Part shown: piece by piece, positions 37,667 to 45,901 of the stretch | Position numbering within the stretch: position 1 is the stretch's first letter | Layout: each line of letters starts with the position of its first letter | From: Nitrospirota bacterium | GTDB lineage: Bacteria > Nitrospirota > Leptospirillia > Leptospirillales > Leptospirillaceae | Direction of reading: 5' to 3' | NCBI GenBank assembly: GCA_027415345.1 | Contig: DAIBTC010000001.1 | Location: forward strand, 12,555 to 76,554 | DNA length: 64,000 nucleotides | Program-made: the position numbers and the translations under genes | The notes under the pieces: model-generated | Databases searched by the model: none | What the model saw: only the letters and a program-made list of their open reading frames with translations | What the model was told of the DNA's origin: nothing

Positions 37667-38527
37667 ATGAGTGGACTGGTCATCAACACCAACGCGGCGT
37701 CTCTGGGCGCCCAATACAACCTGAACGAGACCCAGAACCGGATCAACCAGACGATCAACCGCCTGTCGTCCGGCTACCGGGTGAATGCTCCTGCCGACGA
37801 TCCGGCCGGTTATGCCATCGGGCAGGTCATGACCGCCTATATGAAGTCCGTCCAGCAGGCTGTCCGGAATGCCAATGACGGGGCAAACCTGATCCAGACG
37901 GTCGGAGGGGCCCTCCTGACCGACAACGAAATCCTGATCAAGATGAGGTCTCTTGCGATCCAGGCGGCAAACGGGACCTATAGTCCGACCGATCTGTCGA
38001 CGCTTCAGAACGAGTATCAGAATCTCATGAGTGAAATCAACCGGATTGCCAAGGTGGCCAACTTCAACGGTCGTAAGGTGCTTGACGGAAGCCTCGAGAA
38101 CGGCCTGACATTCCAGGTCGACGTCGGGACTCAGGGAGAGAACCGGCTCGTGATCGCCGTTCCTTCCATCAGCAGCGACGTCCTGGGACTTTATAACGGG
38201 AGCACCCTTGTCATGCCCCTCGGGATGACCTCGGTCATCAACGGCGACATGGCCCTGTCGGCTATCTCGGCCATTGATGGCGCGCTCGACGAGCTGAACC
38301 GCATTCAGGGAACCCTGGGCGCCTTCCAGCAGAGAATGACCTGGACGATCCGGAACCTGAACACGGCCCTTGTGAACATTGCCGCGACCAAGTCCCAGAT
38401 CAAGGACGCCAACTTTGCCAAGGAGACCTCACGATTCGTCAGGGACAGGATCCTCCAGCAGTCGGGAACGGCGGTCCTTGCCCAGGCCAACCAGATTCCC
38501 CAGGCGGCCATCAAGCTGATTCCCTAA
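37667..38527 (+). CDS. fliC: flagellin paralog 1 (286 aa)
   Basis: MSGLVINTNAASLGAQYNLNETQNRINQTINRLSSGYRVNAPADDPAG and C-terminal LQQSGTAVLAQANQIPQAAIKLIP. SD TAGGAGG; ATG 37667, not the listed 37313 start that overlaps flgJ. Confidence 0.95.
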   Translation: MSGLVINTNAASLGAQYNLNETQNRINQTINRLSSGYRVNAPADDPAGYAIGQVMTAYMKSVQQAVRNANDGANLIQTVGGALLTDNEILIKMRSLAIQAANGTYSPTDLSTLQNEYQNLMSEINRIAKVANFNGRKVLDGSLENGLTFQVDVGTQGENRLVIAVPSISSDVLGLYNGSTLVMPLGMTSVINGDMALSAISAIDGALDELNRIQGTLGAFQQRMTWTIRNLNTALVNIAATKSQIKDANFAKETSRFVRDRILQQSGTAVLAQANQIPQAAIKLIP

Positions 38528-38564
38528 GAAATTGCCAAGGATGGATTTGGGAAAATGACCCTGC

Positions 38565-38592
38565 TAAAGTCTGAAGTGTGAAATGCCGATAG
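38565..38592 (+). promoter_or_regulatory. sigma-28 promoter of the flgM operon
   Basis: TAAA-N16-GCCGATAG (consensus TAAA-N15-GCCGATAA), 44 nt upstream of the flgM ATG. Confidence 0.65.
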
Positions 38593-38635
38593 AGGACTTG
38601 AGGGATTCTGTTTTCCAGATCCAAGGAGGATCAGT

Positions 38636-38980
38636 ATGAGTGACCCCAAGGTGACGCCTTCGGGATCGGCCCGGATTCCGGACCGGCCTGAGAAGCTGGC
38701 CAAAAAATCGGGTGTCGGCGAAACCGGCAATGAAGGGAAGAAGGCTCCGGACAAGGCGGCCCGTCTCGTGGAGTCCGACGTCCTGGAGATATCGGGACCG
38801 GCGAGACAGGTGGCCCGGTTGCGCGAGGAGTTGTCCAAAGTGCCCGAGGTTCGTGAGGAACGGATCGCCGAGTTGCGTGAGCGGATCAAGGACGGGATCT
38901 ATTCCGTCCCCGCCAGCCTGGTGGCGAAAAAAATGATTGCATGGGGAAAAAACCACGGAGGAGCCTCCTCCGGCAGCTGA
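38636..38980 (+). CDS. flgM: anti-sigma-28 factor FlgM
   Basis: C-terminal VREERIAELRERIKDGIYSVPASLVAKKMI FlgM signature; small disordered N-terminus. Confidence 0.85.
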   Translation: MSDPKVTPSGSARIPDRPEKLAKKSGVGETGNEGKKAPDKAARLVESDVLEISGPARQVARLREELSKVPEVREERIAELRERIKDGIYSVPASLVAKKMIAWGKNHGGASSGS

Positions 38981-39003
38981 AGCGACCGGGAAGGATCGGG
39001 ATC

Positions 39004-39459
39004 ATGGACAGACATGACACAAGCTCGGCCGGGCATGAGGAAAATGACGGGATCCTACCCAGGTCTCCGGAGGCCTCCGCCCTGGAGGCTTTTTCCGAGG
39101 TTTCCCGTCTTGTGACCGTTCTCGAGACGGAGAGGGATCTTCTCATTTCGGGAGACTGGGAGAAGCTCGACCCGGTCCTTGAGGAAAAGTCCCGAAGATC
39201 CCGGAGGCTTAGCGAGCTTTTGTCAGGACTGTCTCCGGATCAGGCCGGGGAAGATGAGGAAACGTCCCTCCGGAGTGCCCTCATGCATCTTTCCGAACTC
39301 GCTTCGGTCAATCTTGTCCTTGCCCGGGAATCCTCCCTGATGGTCGAGCAGGTTCTGAGAGAAATCACGCTCGATGCGGAAGGCGGAGGGACGTACGGTG
39401 CAAGCGGAGAGGTCGGAACCGCACGTCCGTCTCCCGCCATGGTCTCGACAAGGGGCTAG
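39004..39459 (+). CDS. flgN: FlgN-like export chaperone for FlgK/FlgL
   Basis: Helical protein (LEAFSEVSRLVTVLETERDLLISGDWEKLDPVLEEK) between flgM and flgK. ATG 39004 preferred; the listed 38941 start overlaps flgM. Confidence 0.65.
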   Translation: MDRHDTSSAGHEENDGILPRSPEASALEAFSEVSRLVTVLETERDLLISGDWEKLDPVLEEKSRRSRRLSELLSGLSPDQAGEDEETSLRSALMHLSELASVNLVLARESSLMVEQVLREITLDAEGGGTYGASGEVGTARPSPAMVSTRG

Positions 39460-39491
39460 TGGCCCGGTCCGGATAATTCTGGAGGTAGGCA

Positions 39492-41171
39492 ATGTCGGGT
39501 ATCATCGGCGTCATGAATATCGGTCAGACCGGGATAGAGGCCAACGAGGCTGCCCTGAAGACGGCCGGCCACAATCTATCCAATGTCAACACTCCCGGAT
39601 ATTCGCGGGAGCGGGTCATCTTCGAACAGCATGTGCCTGATAACGGCCATCCGGGAATGATGGGCTCCGGGGTCGATGCCCGCCGCATCCGCCGGGTCGT
39701 CAATCACTTTCTGGAAAACCAGTCCGCACGACAAAAGACAACTCTGGGGTTCTGGGAATCCTCCCGAACCTCTTTGGGTGAAATCGATTCCTACTATTTT
39801 CATGCCCAGTCGGAGGGTCTTTCCCGGGATCTGTCGCGCTTTTTCAACCATTGGGAGACGGTGGCCAACCATCCGGCAGATCGGGCCGCCCGGGCCACCC
39901 TGGTCACCTACGGCCACAATCTTGGCCAGGACTTCCACCAGATGACCGCCCTCTATGCAGAGGCCCGGAACCGGCTTGGACTCCAGATCGATGACCAGGT
40001 CACAAAGATCAATACCCGCATTGCCCGGATTGCTGCCCTGAACCATAGCATTCTTGCAGCCCGGGGCCGGGGAGAGGATCCCAACACCTTTCTCGACGAG
40101 CGAAGCCGCCTCGCGATGGAGGTTTCACACCTCACCAATGCCCACTTTTTCCTGGACAAGGATGGTTCCCTGAATCTTCATCTGGGGGGGCAGTCGGCCT
40201 TTTCTGCGGAAAAAGTCGGCCACATGACCTCCGTTTTCGATCCCGTCCACGACCGCTACAGGATCATTTTCGCCCCTCCGTCCCATTCCGGTCCACCGAT
40301 CGACATCACCGACCGGGTCCGGGGAGGCACTCTTGGCGGGTATATCGATGTCCGGGATCACAAGATGAAGTCCATGCAGCACCATCTCGACCTTTTGGCT
40401 TATCAGCTGGTCAACAGTCTCAACGCGATCCATGCAAGGGGTTTCGGCCTGTCGGGACAGACCGGGGTCAATTTTTTCCGGCCGACAGTCGAAGTGGCAC
40501 GGACAAAGGGGGAAGGGACCGGCAGGCTGGTCGCGAATGTGGAAGATCCCGCCCAGGTGCTTCCGGAGGTGGATGTCGAGGTGGACCAGGCGGAGGTTAG
40601 GGTTTATTCCCACACCGACCATGTCCTCCTCGAAAGCGCAGCCATAAAGGATGGTCTTGGGGAGGTCAATGCGGGAGGGTACGCCCTGCGGGTCCTGGCT
40701 CCCAAAAAAGGATCGGAGAGCTTTCTCGTCTCCGGCGGTGGACATGTTGAAGGGACGGCGCTCCATCTGGATGTCGAGAAACTGACAGCGGACGACATTG
40801 CGGCCGCCCACTCTCCGGCATCCCCCGGCAGTAACGAGGGGGACAACGCCAATGCCCACCAGATATTTTACCTCTCCCAGAAGCATCTTCGGTTTCCCGG
40901 TGAGGACGAGCCTGCCTCGATCTACGAATACTATGCCTCCGGTGTGGCCCGGATCGGGGCCTGGGCCCGTCAGGCCCGGTTGAACGACAAGGCCCAGGCC
41001 GCGATCTCCCAGAGTCTCGAGAACCAGAGACTCTCGGTGTCGGGGGTATCGATCGCCAACGAGTCAGCCAAGATCATCCGGTTCGAAAAGGCCTACCAGG
41101 CTTCGGCCAATCTCATCCAGATGGTGAACAGGCTTCTCGACACACTTGTTCGCCTGCCCAACAGCGGCTGA
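39492..41171 (+). CDS. flgK: hook-filament junction protein FlgK (HAP1)
   Basis: MSGIIGVMNIGQTGIEANEAALKTAGHNLSNVNTPGYSRE N-terminus; C-terminal SIANESAKIIRFEKAYQASANLIQMVNRLLDTLV. Confidence 0.93.
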   Translation: MSGIIGVMNIGQTGIEANEAALKTAGHNLSNVNTPGYSRERVIFEQHVPDNGHPGMMGSGVDARRIRRVVNHFLENQSARQKTTLGFWESSRTSLGEIDSYYFHAQSEGLSRDLSRFFNHWETVANHPADRAARATLVTYGHNLGQDFHQMTALYAEARNRLGLQIDDQVTKINTRIARIAALNHSILAARGRGEDPNTFLDERSRLAMEVSHLTNAHFFLDKDGSLNLHLGGQSAFSAEKVGHMTSVFDPVHDRYRIIFAPPSHSGPPIDITDRVRGGTLGGYIDVRDHKMKSMQHHLDLLAYQLVNSLNAIHARGFGLSGQTGVNFFRPTVEVARTKGEGTGRLVANVEDPAQVLPEVDVEVDQAEVRVYSHTDHVLLESAAIKDGLGEVNAGGYALRVLAPKKGSESFLVSGGGHVEGTALHLDVEKLTADDIAAAHSPASPGSNEGDNANAHQIFYLSQKHLRFPGEDEPASIYEYYASGVARIGAWARQARLNDKAQAAISQSLENQRLSVSGVSIANESAKIIRFEKAYQASANLIQMVNRLLDTLVRLPNSG

Positions 41172-41182
41172 GGGGGGGAAGG

Positions 41183-42121
41183 ATGATTCGGGTCACAGGG
41201 CTGATGACCGATCGCTCCCTCATGGCAAACCATGACCGTGCCACGGAGAATCTTTATGAAGCGGAGCGCCAGGTCTCGTCAGGGAAGAGAGCCGACACTC
41301 CGGGTGATGCCCCGGAGGCCGTGAGCGAGGTTCTCCGGATCAACCGTTCGCTGGCGGTGACGGGCCAGATCATCCAGAATGCCCGTGAAGGGGCCAGCCG
41401 GATCTCCCTTATGGAAAGCATTCTGACCCAGATCGATAATGTGATGATCCGGGCCAAAGGGCTGGCCATTCGCCAGGCCAACGGGACGATGGATGCCGAA
41501 GACCGGCGGATCGCCGCCGAGGAGGCGGCCCGTCTTCTGGAGCAGACAGTGGCCCTGGCCAATACCCGGGGAGGGGAGCAATACCTTTTCGGGGGAACAA
41601 ACATCAGCATTCCTCCCTTTCTTCTTGGGGATCCGCAAAAAGAGCCCTTTGTCGTCTCCTACAAGGGCAATCACAGGAGCTCGACCATCCAGCAGGGGTT
41701 CACCCCCAGTTTCCGCCAGGCGGGACTTATGAAGACGACCGTCTCGGGAGACAGGATTCTGGGGGACTCAAAGAAAAATCCCGATGCGAACCTGGCCTTC
41801 CCGGCCCTCAGGCGTTTTGTCCTGGGGCTCAGGAGCAATGACGAGGTGGCCATCCACAATGCCATCGGAGAGCTCGATCTGGCTATCCGGTCCATCTCCG
41901 AGCGTGCTGCGGTCCTGGGAACCTACGAGAGGTCTCTCAGAAGCACCATCGCGAGACTCGAAAAATACCGGACCGACCTCAAGGTTCTGAGGAGCGAAAC
42001 GGAGGATGTGGACATCCCCAAGGCGGCTTCTCGCATGGCCTTGTCCCAGAACCTGCTTGAGGTGTCGGCCAAGGCGAGCCGGAACATCCTCCAGAATGTC
42101 CAGAACGTTCTTTTTCACTAG
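41183..42121 (+). CDS. flgL: hook-filament junction protein FlgL (HAP3)
   Basis: Flagellin-like N and C termini (MIRVTGLMTDRSLMANHDRA...; DIPKAASRMALSQNLLEVSAKASRNILQNV); follows flgK. Confidence 0.9.
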   Translation: MIRVTGLMTDRSLMANHDRATENLYEAERQVSSGKRADTPGDAPEAVSEVLRINRSLAVTGQIIQNAREGASRISLMESILTQIDNVMIRAKGLAIRQANGTMDAEDRRIAAEEAARLLEQTVALANTRGGEQYLFGGTNISIPPFLLGDPQKEPFVVSYKGNHRSSTIQQGFTPSFRQAGLMKTTVSGDRILGDSKKNPDANLAFPALRRFVLGLRSNDEVAIHNAIGELDLAIRSISERAAVLGTYERSLRSTIARLEKYRTDLKVLRSETEDVDIPKAASRMALSQNLLEVSAKASRNILQNVQNVLFH

Positions 42122-42151
42122 AAGAGACGTTCCTTTGAAGGGAGAAGGCCC

Positions 42152-42391
42152 ATTCTTATCCTGACACGTAAGATCGGGGAGGGAATCCGGATCGGCCATT
42201 CGGTTCACGTCGTTGTTCTGGAGGTGAAGGGGGGGGCGGTCCGGATCGGGATCGAGGCTCCGGACGGCGTCCTCATTCACCGGGACGAGGTTCTGGCCCG
42301 GATCACGGAGGAGAACAGAAAAGCGACCGGGACCTCCCGGGACAGGGTGGAGGGAGAGACCGTGATTCCCCCCCAAACAGGAGGGAGTTCG
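42152..42391 (+). CDS. csrA: carbon storage regulator CsrA, apparent ATT start, no stop codon (reads into fliW)
   Basis: ILILTRKIGEGIRIGHSVHVVVLEVKGGAVRIGIEAPDGVLIHRDEVLARITEEN is a complete CsrA core. There is no ATG/GTG/TTG between the flgL stop and GTG 42224. SD GGGAG lies 7 nt before ATT 42152. The frame stays open into fliW. Confidence 0.7.
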
Positions 42392-42853
42392 ATGAAGACC
42401 TTCGACACCAGGCGATTCGGGAAGATTCCGGTCGAGGACGAGAGGGTCATTGTCTTCCCCGACGGTCTACTGGGATTCCCGTCCTCCCGAAGGTTTGTCC
42501 TCCTCGAAACGGCCGAAAACGGGTTCTTCTACTGGCTCCAGTCCATTGACGATCCCTCCCTCGCCTTTGTCGTCATCGATCCCGTGCTCCTGGTTCCCGA
42601 CTACAAAAGTCGTCTCGTGCTTCCGGAATGGGATCGGGATTTTTTTGAGCCTGAGGGGCCCTCCACTCTTCATGCCATGGCGATTGTCACCTTCCCCGAA
42701 GGGGACGACGCCAGAGCAACGGCAAACCTGCAGGGGCCGCTGCTCGTCCGGGAGAGCGATCGCCTGGGCCGTCAGGTCGTTCTCGCCGAATCGGATGCCT
42801 GGCTTCGAATGCCCGTCTTTCCTCCGGAGGACAGAAGCGGGGGAGCTTCCTAA
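42392..42853 (+). CDS. fliW: flagellar assembly factor FliW (CsrA antagonist)
   Basis: MKTFDTRRFGKIPVEDERVIVFPDGLLGFPSSRRFVLLE...FYWLQSIDDPSLAFVVIDP; own SD AGGAGGGAG before ATG 42392. Confidence 0.9.
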   Translation: MKTFDTRRFGKIPVEDERVIVFPDGLLGFPSSRRFVLLETAENGFFYWLQSIDDPSLAFVVIDPVLLVPDYKSRLVLPEWDRDFFEPEGPSTLHAMAIVTFPEGDDARATANLQGPLLVRESDRLGRQVVLAESDAWLRMPVFPPEDRSGGAS

Positions 42854-42877
42854 AGTTTTCCGGGATCCTGCCGAAGA
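42851..42877 (+). promoter_or_regulatory. sigma-28 promoter of flagellin 2
   Basis: TAAAGTTT-N11-GCCGAAGA versus consensus TAAAGTTT-N11-GCCGATAA. The -35 TAA is the fliW stop codon. Confidence 0.75.
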
Positions 42878-42935
42878 GATCCTTGGAACGGTGAGGACCG
42901 TTGTCCCGGTTGAGTCGCCGGGTGACCAAGGACAA

Positions 42936-42967
42936 GGCCAGGGATGAGGCCGGAAAACCCAAGGAGG
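42936..42967 (+). promoter_or_regulatory. candidate CsrA binding sites in the flagellin-2 leader
   Basis: Hairpin GGCC-AGGGATGA-GGCC presents GGA in its loop. A second GGA lies within the SD AAGGAGG (42961-42967). More GGA motifs occur at TGAGGAC and CAAGGAC upstream. Confidence 0.4.
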
Positions 42968-42972
42968 GTACC

Positions 42973-43800
42973 ATGAGCGGTTTGATCATCAACGACAACA
43001 TGGCATCGCTGAATGCCCAGTACAATCTGAACGAGACCCAGCGTGCCTTAAACAAGCACATTAACCGGCTCTCCTCAGGCTACCGCGTGAACACTCCCGC
43101 GGACGATCCTGCCGGGTATTCGATTTCCCAGCGCATGGGAGGTCAGATAAAATCCTATGCGGCGGCGATCCGGAATGCCAATGACGGATCGGCACTTCTG
43201 CAGACGGCGAACGGGGCCCTTCAGACCGACAACACCATTATTCTGAAGATGCGACAGCTGGCCATCGAGGCGGCCAACAGCACCTATTCGCCAAAGGATC
43301 TCAAGGTCTTGAATCAGGAGTACCAGCATCTAAAGTCGGAAATCACGCGTATCGCGAAAGTGACCGACTTCAACGGGATGAAGCTTCTTGATGGAAGCCA
43401 TCAGGACTTCAAGTTTCACGTCGGTATCTACACGACCTTCAGCGACCGGTTGCATGTCAAAGTTGGAAAGCTGGATTCCGATGAGCTGGGAATAAGCGGG
43501 ACAGATATCCTAAACCGCAATGATGCCAAGCATTCGGTGGACCAGCTCGACAAGGCCCTCGACCGGATCAACGAACTGCAGGGAAACATCGGTGCCATCC
43601 AGAACCGGATGGAATGGACGATCCGGAACCTGAACACCGCAACGACCAATGTCCAGGCGAGCCGTGCCGGAATCCGGGACGTGGATTTCGCCGGAGAAAC
43701 CGCCAAATTTACAAAACGCCAGATCCTGTCCCAGTCCGGCGCCGCCGTGCTGGCCCAGGCGAACCTTATTCCACAGGCAGCCATCAAACTGCTCCCTTAG
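42973..43800 (+). CDS. fliC: flagellin paralog 2 (275 aa)
   Basis: MSGLIINDNMASLNAQYNLNETQRALNKHINRLSSGYRVNTPADDPAG and C-terminal LSQSGAAVLAQANLIPQAAIKLLP. ATG 42973 follows SD AAGGAGG; the listed start 42901 lies in the leader. Confidence 0.95.
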   Translation: MSGLIINDNMASLNAQYNLNETQRALNKHINRLSSGYRVNTPADDPAGYSISQRMGGQIKSYAAAIRNANDGSALLQTANGALQTDNTIILKMRQLAIEAANSTYSPKDLKVLNQEYQHLKSEITRIAKVTDFNGMKLLDGSHQDFKFHVGIYTTFSDRLHVKVGKLDSDELGISGTDILNRNDAKHSVDQLDKALDRINELQGNIGAIQNRMEWTIRNLNTATTNVQASRAGIRDVDFAGETAKFTKRQILSQSGAAVLAQANLIPQAAIKLLP

Positions 43801-43857
43801 CTAGGCCCGCCCGTCGGGCCTAGGGACTGGCCGGCGATCGCCGGCCAGCCCTATTTT
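43801..43857 (+). terminator. tandem hairpin terminator after flagellin 2
   Basis: CTAGGCCCG-cccgt-CGGGCCTAG, then the perfect 22-nt palindrome CTGGCCGGCGATCGCCGGCCAG, followed by CCCTATTTT. Confidence 0.75.
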
Positions 43858-43932
43858 CCTGAGACGACCTGCCCTTTGCGGGTCTTTTGCGTTTCAGGGC
43901 TTTTATGAAAGACGGAAGTCTGGAGGTGCAAT

Positions 43933-45384
43933 GTGAGCGGAATTTCCGGAGCGGTCCCGGGTGCCGGAGGCCCCCAGGACGCATCCACGCATCGCATGCG
44001 GATCACCAACATGGCGGCGCTCTCCCAGGGGCTGGACACGGAGAAGCTTGTCGAGGCAAACCTCCAGGCGGCGGCCGTTCCTCTCGAGCAGATGGAGCAG
44101 CACCAGGCCAACCTTGAAGCCCAGGGATCCATATGGCGAAAGGTCCAGCAGAAGCTGGACGGTTTCCTCAAGGTTTCAGGGAACCTGAACCTCAGGCAGG
44201 ATTTCAATGCCTTCAAAAGCATCGTCCCCCCCCATGCGGCCTTTACCGTGACCCCCGGTCCCGGTGCCTCCCTCGGTTCCTACAGCGTCTCCGTCGACTC
44301 CCTCGCCAAGCCGGGAGTTCTTGTCTCCTCGGGATTCCCCGACAAGGACCGGACCTCCGTCCTCAATATACCTCCGGACGGGGCCTTTTCCCATGCGAGC
44401 CTCACCTTCCTGATCGGAGACCACCTGATCGGCGGAAAGCTCCGGACGGTCCGCCTCGACAAGGATACGGGCTTCACCATGGAGGATCTGGCCCAGGCCA
44501 TCAACAATGCCAATATCGGAATCCACGCCATGGTCATGAGGACGGGAGCTCCGGGGGCTCCCTACTCCCTTTCGCTCTCTTCGACGAAGAACGGAATGAA
44601 TTTCCGGGTCATGGAGCAGGAAGGACTGGATTTCTCCTTCAAGACGGTCCAGAAAGGAAGCCTTGCCCGCTTGCAGGTCAACGGAGTTCCTGTCCAATCT
44701 GAGTCCAACGACGTGGTCGATGCCATCCCCGGTTCAGTGATCCATCTCAGGCAGCCCACCGGTCCGACACCGACAACCGCCTCCATCGTCCACAACACGA
44801 AGACGATCAAGACAAACGTCGGAGGGCTCGTCAAGGCCTACAACGACCTCCTTGATTTTCTCGACAAGGAATCCCGCGTGAATCCTGCCACGGGCCAGGG
44901 AGGTCCGCTTCTGGGGGCCTATTCGGTCATCGATCTGAGAAACCGTCTGGGGACCGCCCTGACCCGGGCCCTTCCCGACAAGATTCCTGGCAGGTTCCGG
45001 ACCCTGGCAGACGTGGGCATCACCTTCCAGAGAAACGGACATCTCTCCCTTGATCAGGGCAAGCTCGACAAGGCCCTGGCTTCGGACTACGACGATGTTG
45101 TCCATCTCATGACGGGGGCGGGAGAGACTCCCGGCATCGGCTCTGCTCTCCACGACATCCTGACGGAGTTTGCAAATCCTGCCAGTGGCCCTCTTGCAGG
45201 GGAAATCGCCGATGTCAATGCCCAGGAGCGAACCAATGTCCGCCAGATGACCCGGAAGCAGGATGAACTTTCCAACCTGAAGGACCAGCTCGAGGAGAAG
45301 TATTCAGGTCTCCAGAGTCTGCTGGGGGGCTTAAATGCCAAACAGGCTTATGTCAGCCAGCAAATCGCCCGAGGAGTGATCTAG
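43933..45384 (+). CDS. fliD: filament cap protein FliD (HAP2)
   Basis: N-terminal LSQGLDTEKLVEANLQAAAVPLEQME and C-terminal coiled coil (LSNLKDQLEEKYSGLQSLLGGLNAKQAYVSQQI). Start uncertain (GTG 43933 or the downstream ATG of MRITNM). Confidence 0.88.
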   Translation: MSGISGAVPGAGGPQDASTHRMRITNMAALSQGLDTEKLVEANLQAAAVPLEQMEQHQANLEAQGSIWRKVQQKLDGFLKVSGNLNLRQDFNAFKSIVPPHAAFTVTPGPGASLGSYSVSVDSLAKPGVLVSSGFPDKDRTSVLNIPPDGAFSHASLTFLIGDHLIGGKLRTVRLDKDTGFTMEDLAQAINNANIGIHAMVMRTGAPGAPYSLSLSSTKNGMNFRVMEQEGLDFSFKTVQKGSLARLQVNGVPVQSESNDVVDAIPGSVIHLRQPTGPTPTTASIVHNTKTIKTNVGGLVKAYNDLLDFLDKESRVNPATGQGGPLLGAYSVIDLRNRLGTALTRALPDKIPGRFRTLADVGITFQRNGHLSLDQGKLDKALASDYDDVVHLMTGAGETPGIGSALHDILTEFANPASGPLAGEIADVNAQERTNVRQMTRKQDELSNLKDQLEEKYSGLQSLLGGLNAKQAYVSQQIARGVI

Positions 45385-45385
45385 G

Positions 45386-45416
45386 GGTGGGGGGGTGCCT
45401 TTTCATTCCCCCCACC
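45386..45416 (+). other. G/C homopolymer hairpin between fliD and fliS
   Basis: GGTGGGGGG-13 nt-CCCCCCACC directly after the fliD stop, with no T tract. Confidence 0.35.
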
Positions 45417-45454
45417 GGTATCCTTCGACCACTTCGCCTTGAGAGGACGTGTCC

Positions 45455-45901
45455 ATGACGCATCATGCCGCCGCAACCTATCGCCAGACCATGGAAAGTA
45501 CCATCTCCCCCGCCGATCTCCTGATCCGCCTGTATGAGGGAGCTGTCCGGTGCGTGGACCTCATCAAGGAATCCTCCCGGACCGGAGACATTTCCCGGAA
45601 GGCCGATGCTGTCAACAGGCTGACGGGAATTCTTTCGGAGCTGGCCTCCGCCGTGGACGGCCAGGATCCGAGAGATCTTTCCGATTCCCTCGTCTCCCTG
45701 TACCTTTTCCTCATCCAGGAGGTGACCCTGGCCAATGTGGCCGGGGAGACCTTCCGCCTTGATCCCGTCCGGGAAATCCTGTCCGAGCTTCTCGGAACGT
45801 GGAAGAAAGCGGCCAGTGCCTCCAGGATTCCCCCCATGGGGACGACCCCGACGGCTGGCGTCCCCGAAATTCCACGTCGGTCCCTGTCGGTGCGCGGATG
45901 A
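45455..45901 (+). CDS. fliS: flagellin chaperone FliS
   Basis: YRQTMESTISPADLLIRLYEGAVRCVDLIKE... four-helix FliS pattern; follows fliD; SD GAGAGGA. Confidence 0.85.
   Translation: MTHHAAATYRQTMESTISPADLLIRLYEGAVRCVDLIKESSRTGDISRKADAVNRLTGILSELASAVDGQDPRDLSDSLVSLYLFLIQEVTLANVAGETFRLDPVREILSELLGTWKKAASASRIPPMGTTPTAGVPEIPRRSLSVRG

Noticed and set aside
37313-38527. Listed 404-aa ORF that would fuse an N-terminal extension to flagellin 1.
   Set aside because: The first 118 codons overlap flgJ in another frame and look non-protein-like. The flagellin N-terminus MSGLVINTN with SD TAGGAGG at ATG 37667 is the obvious start.
42224-42853. Listed 209-aa ORF starting at GTG 42224, taken at face value as one gene.
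   Set aside because: That start would remove the CsrA beta1 strand and has no SD. The ORF is better read as csrA (from about 42152) running into fliW (own SD/ATG at 42392). See the csrA-fliW finding.
42901-42972. Upstream start (42901) for flagellin 2.
   Set aside because: It lies downstream of the sigma-28 promoter within the GGA-rich leader and has no SD. The conserved flagellin N-terminus begins at ATG 42973 after AAGGAGG.
43866-43890. Third hairpin (GACCTGC-cctt-TGCGGGTC plus T-rich tail) after the flagellin-2 terminators, considered as a fliD regulatory element.
   Set aside because: The stem is imperfect (G-U pair) and adjacent to two much stronger terminator hairpins. No promoter motif for fliD could be tied to it.
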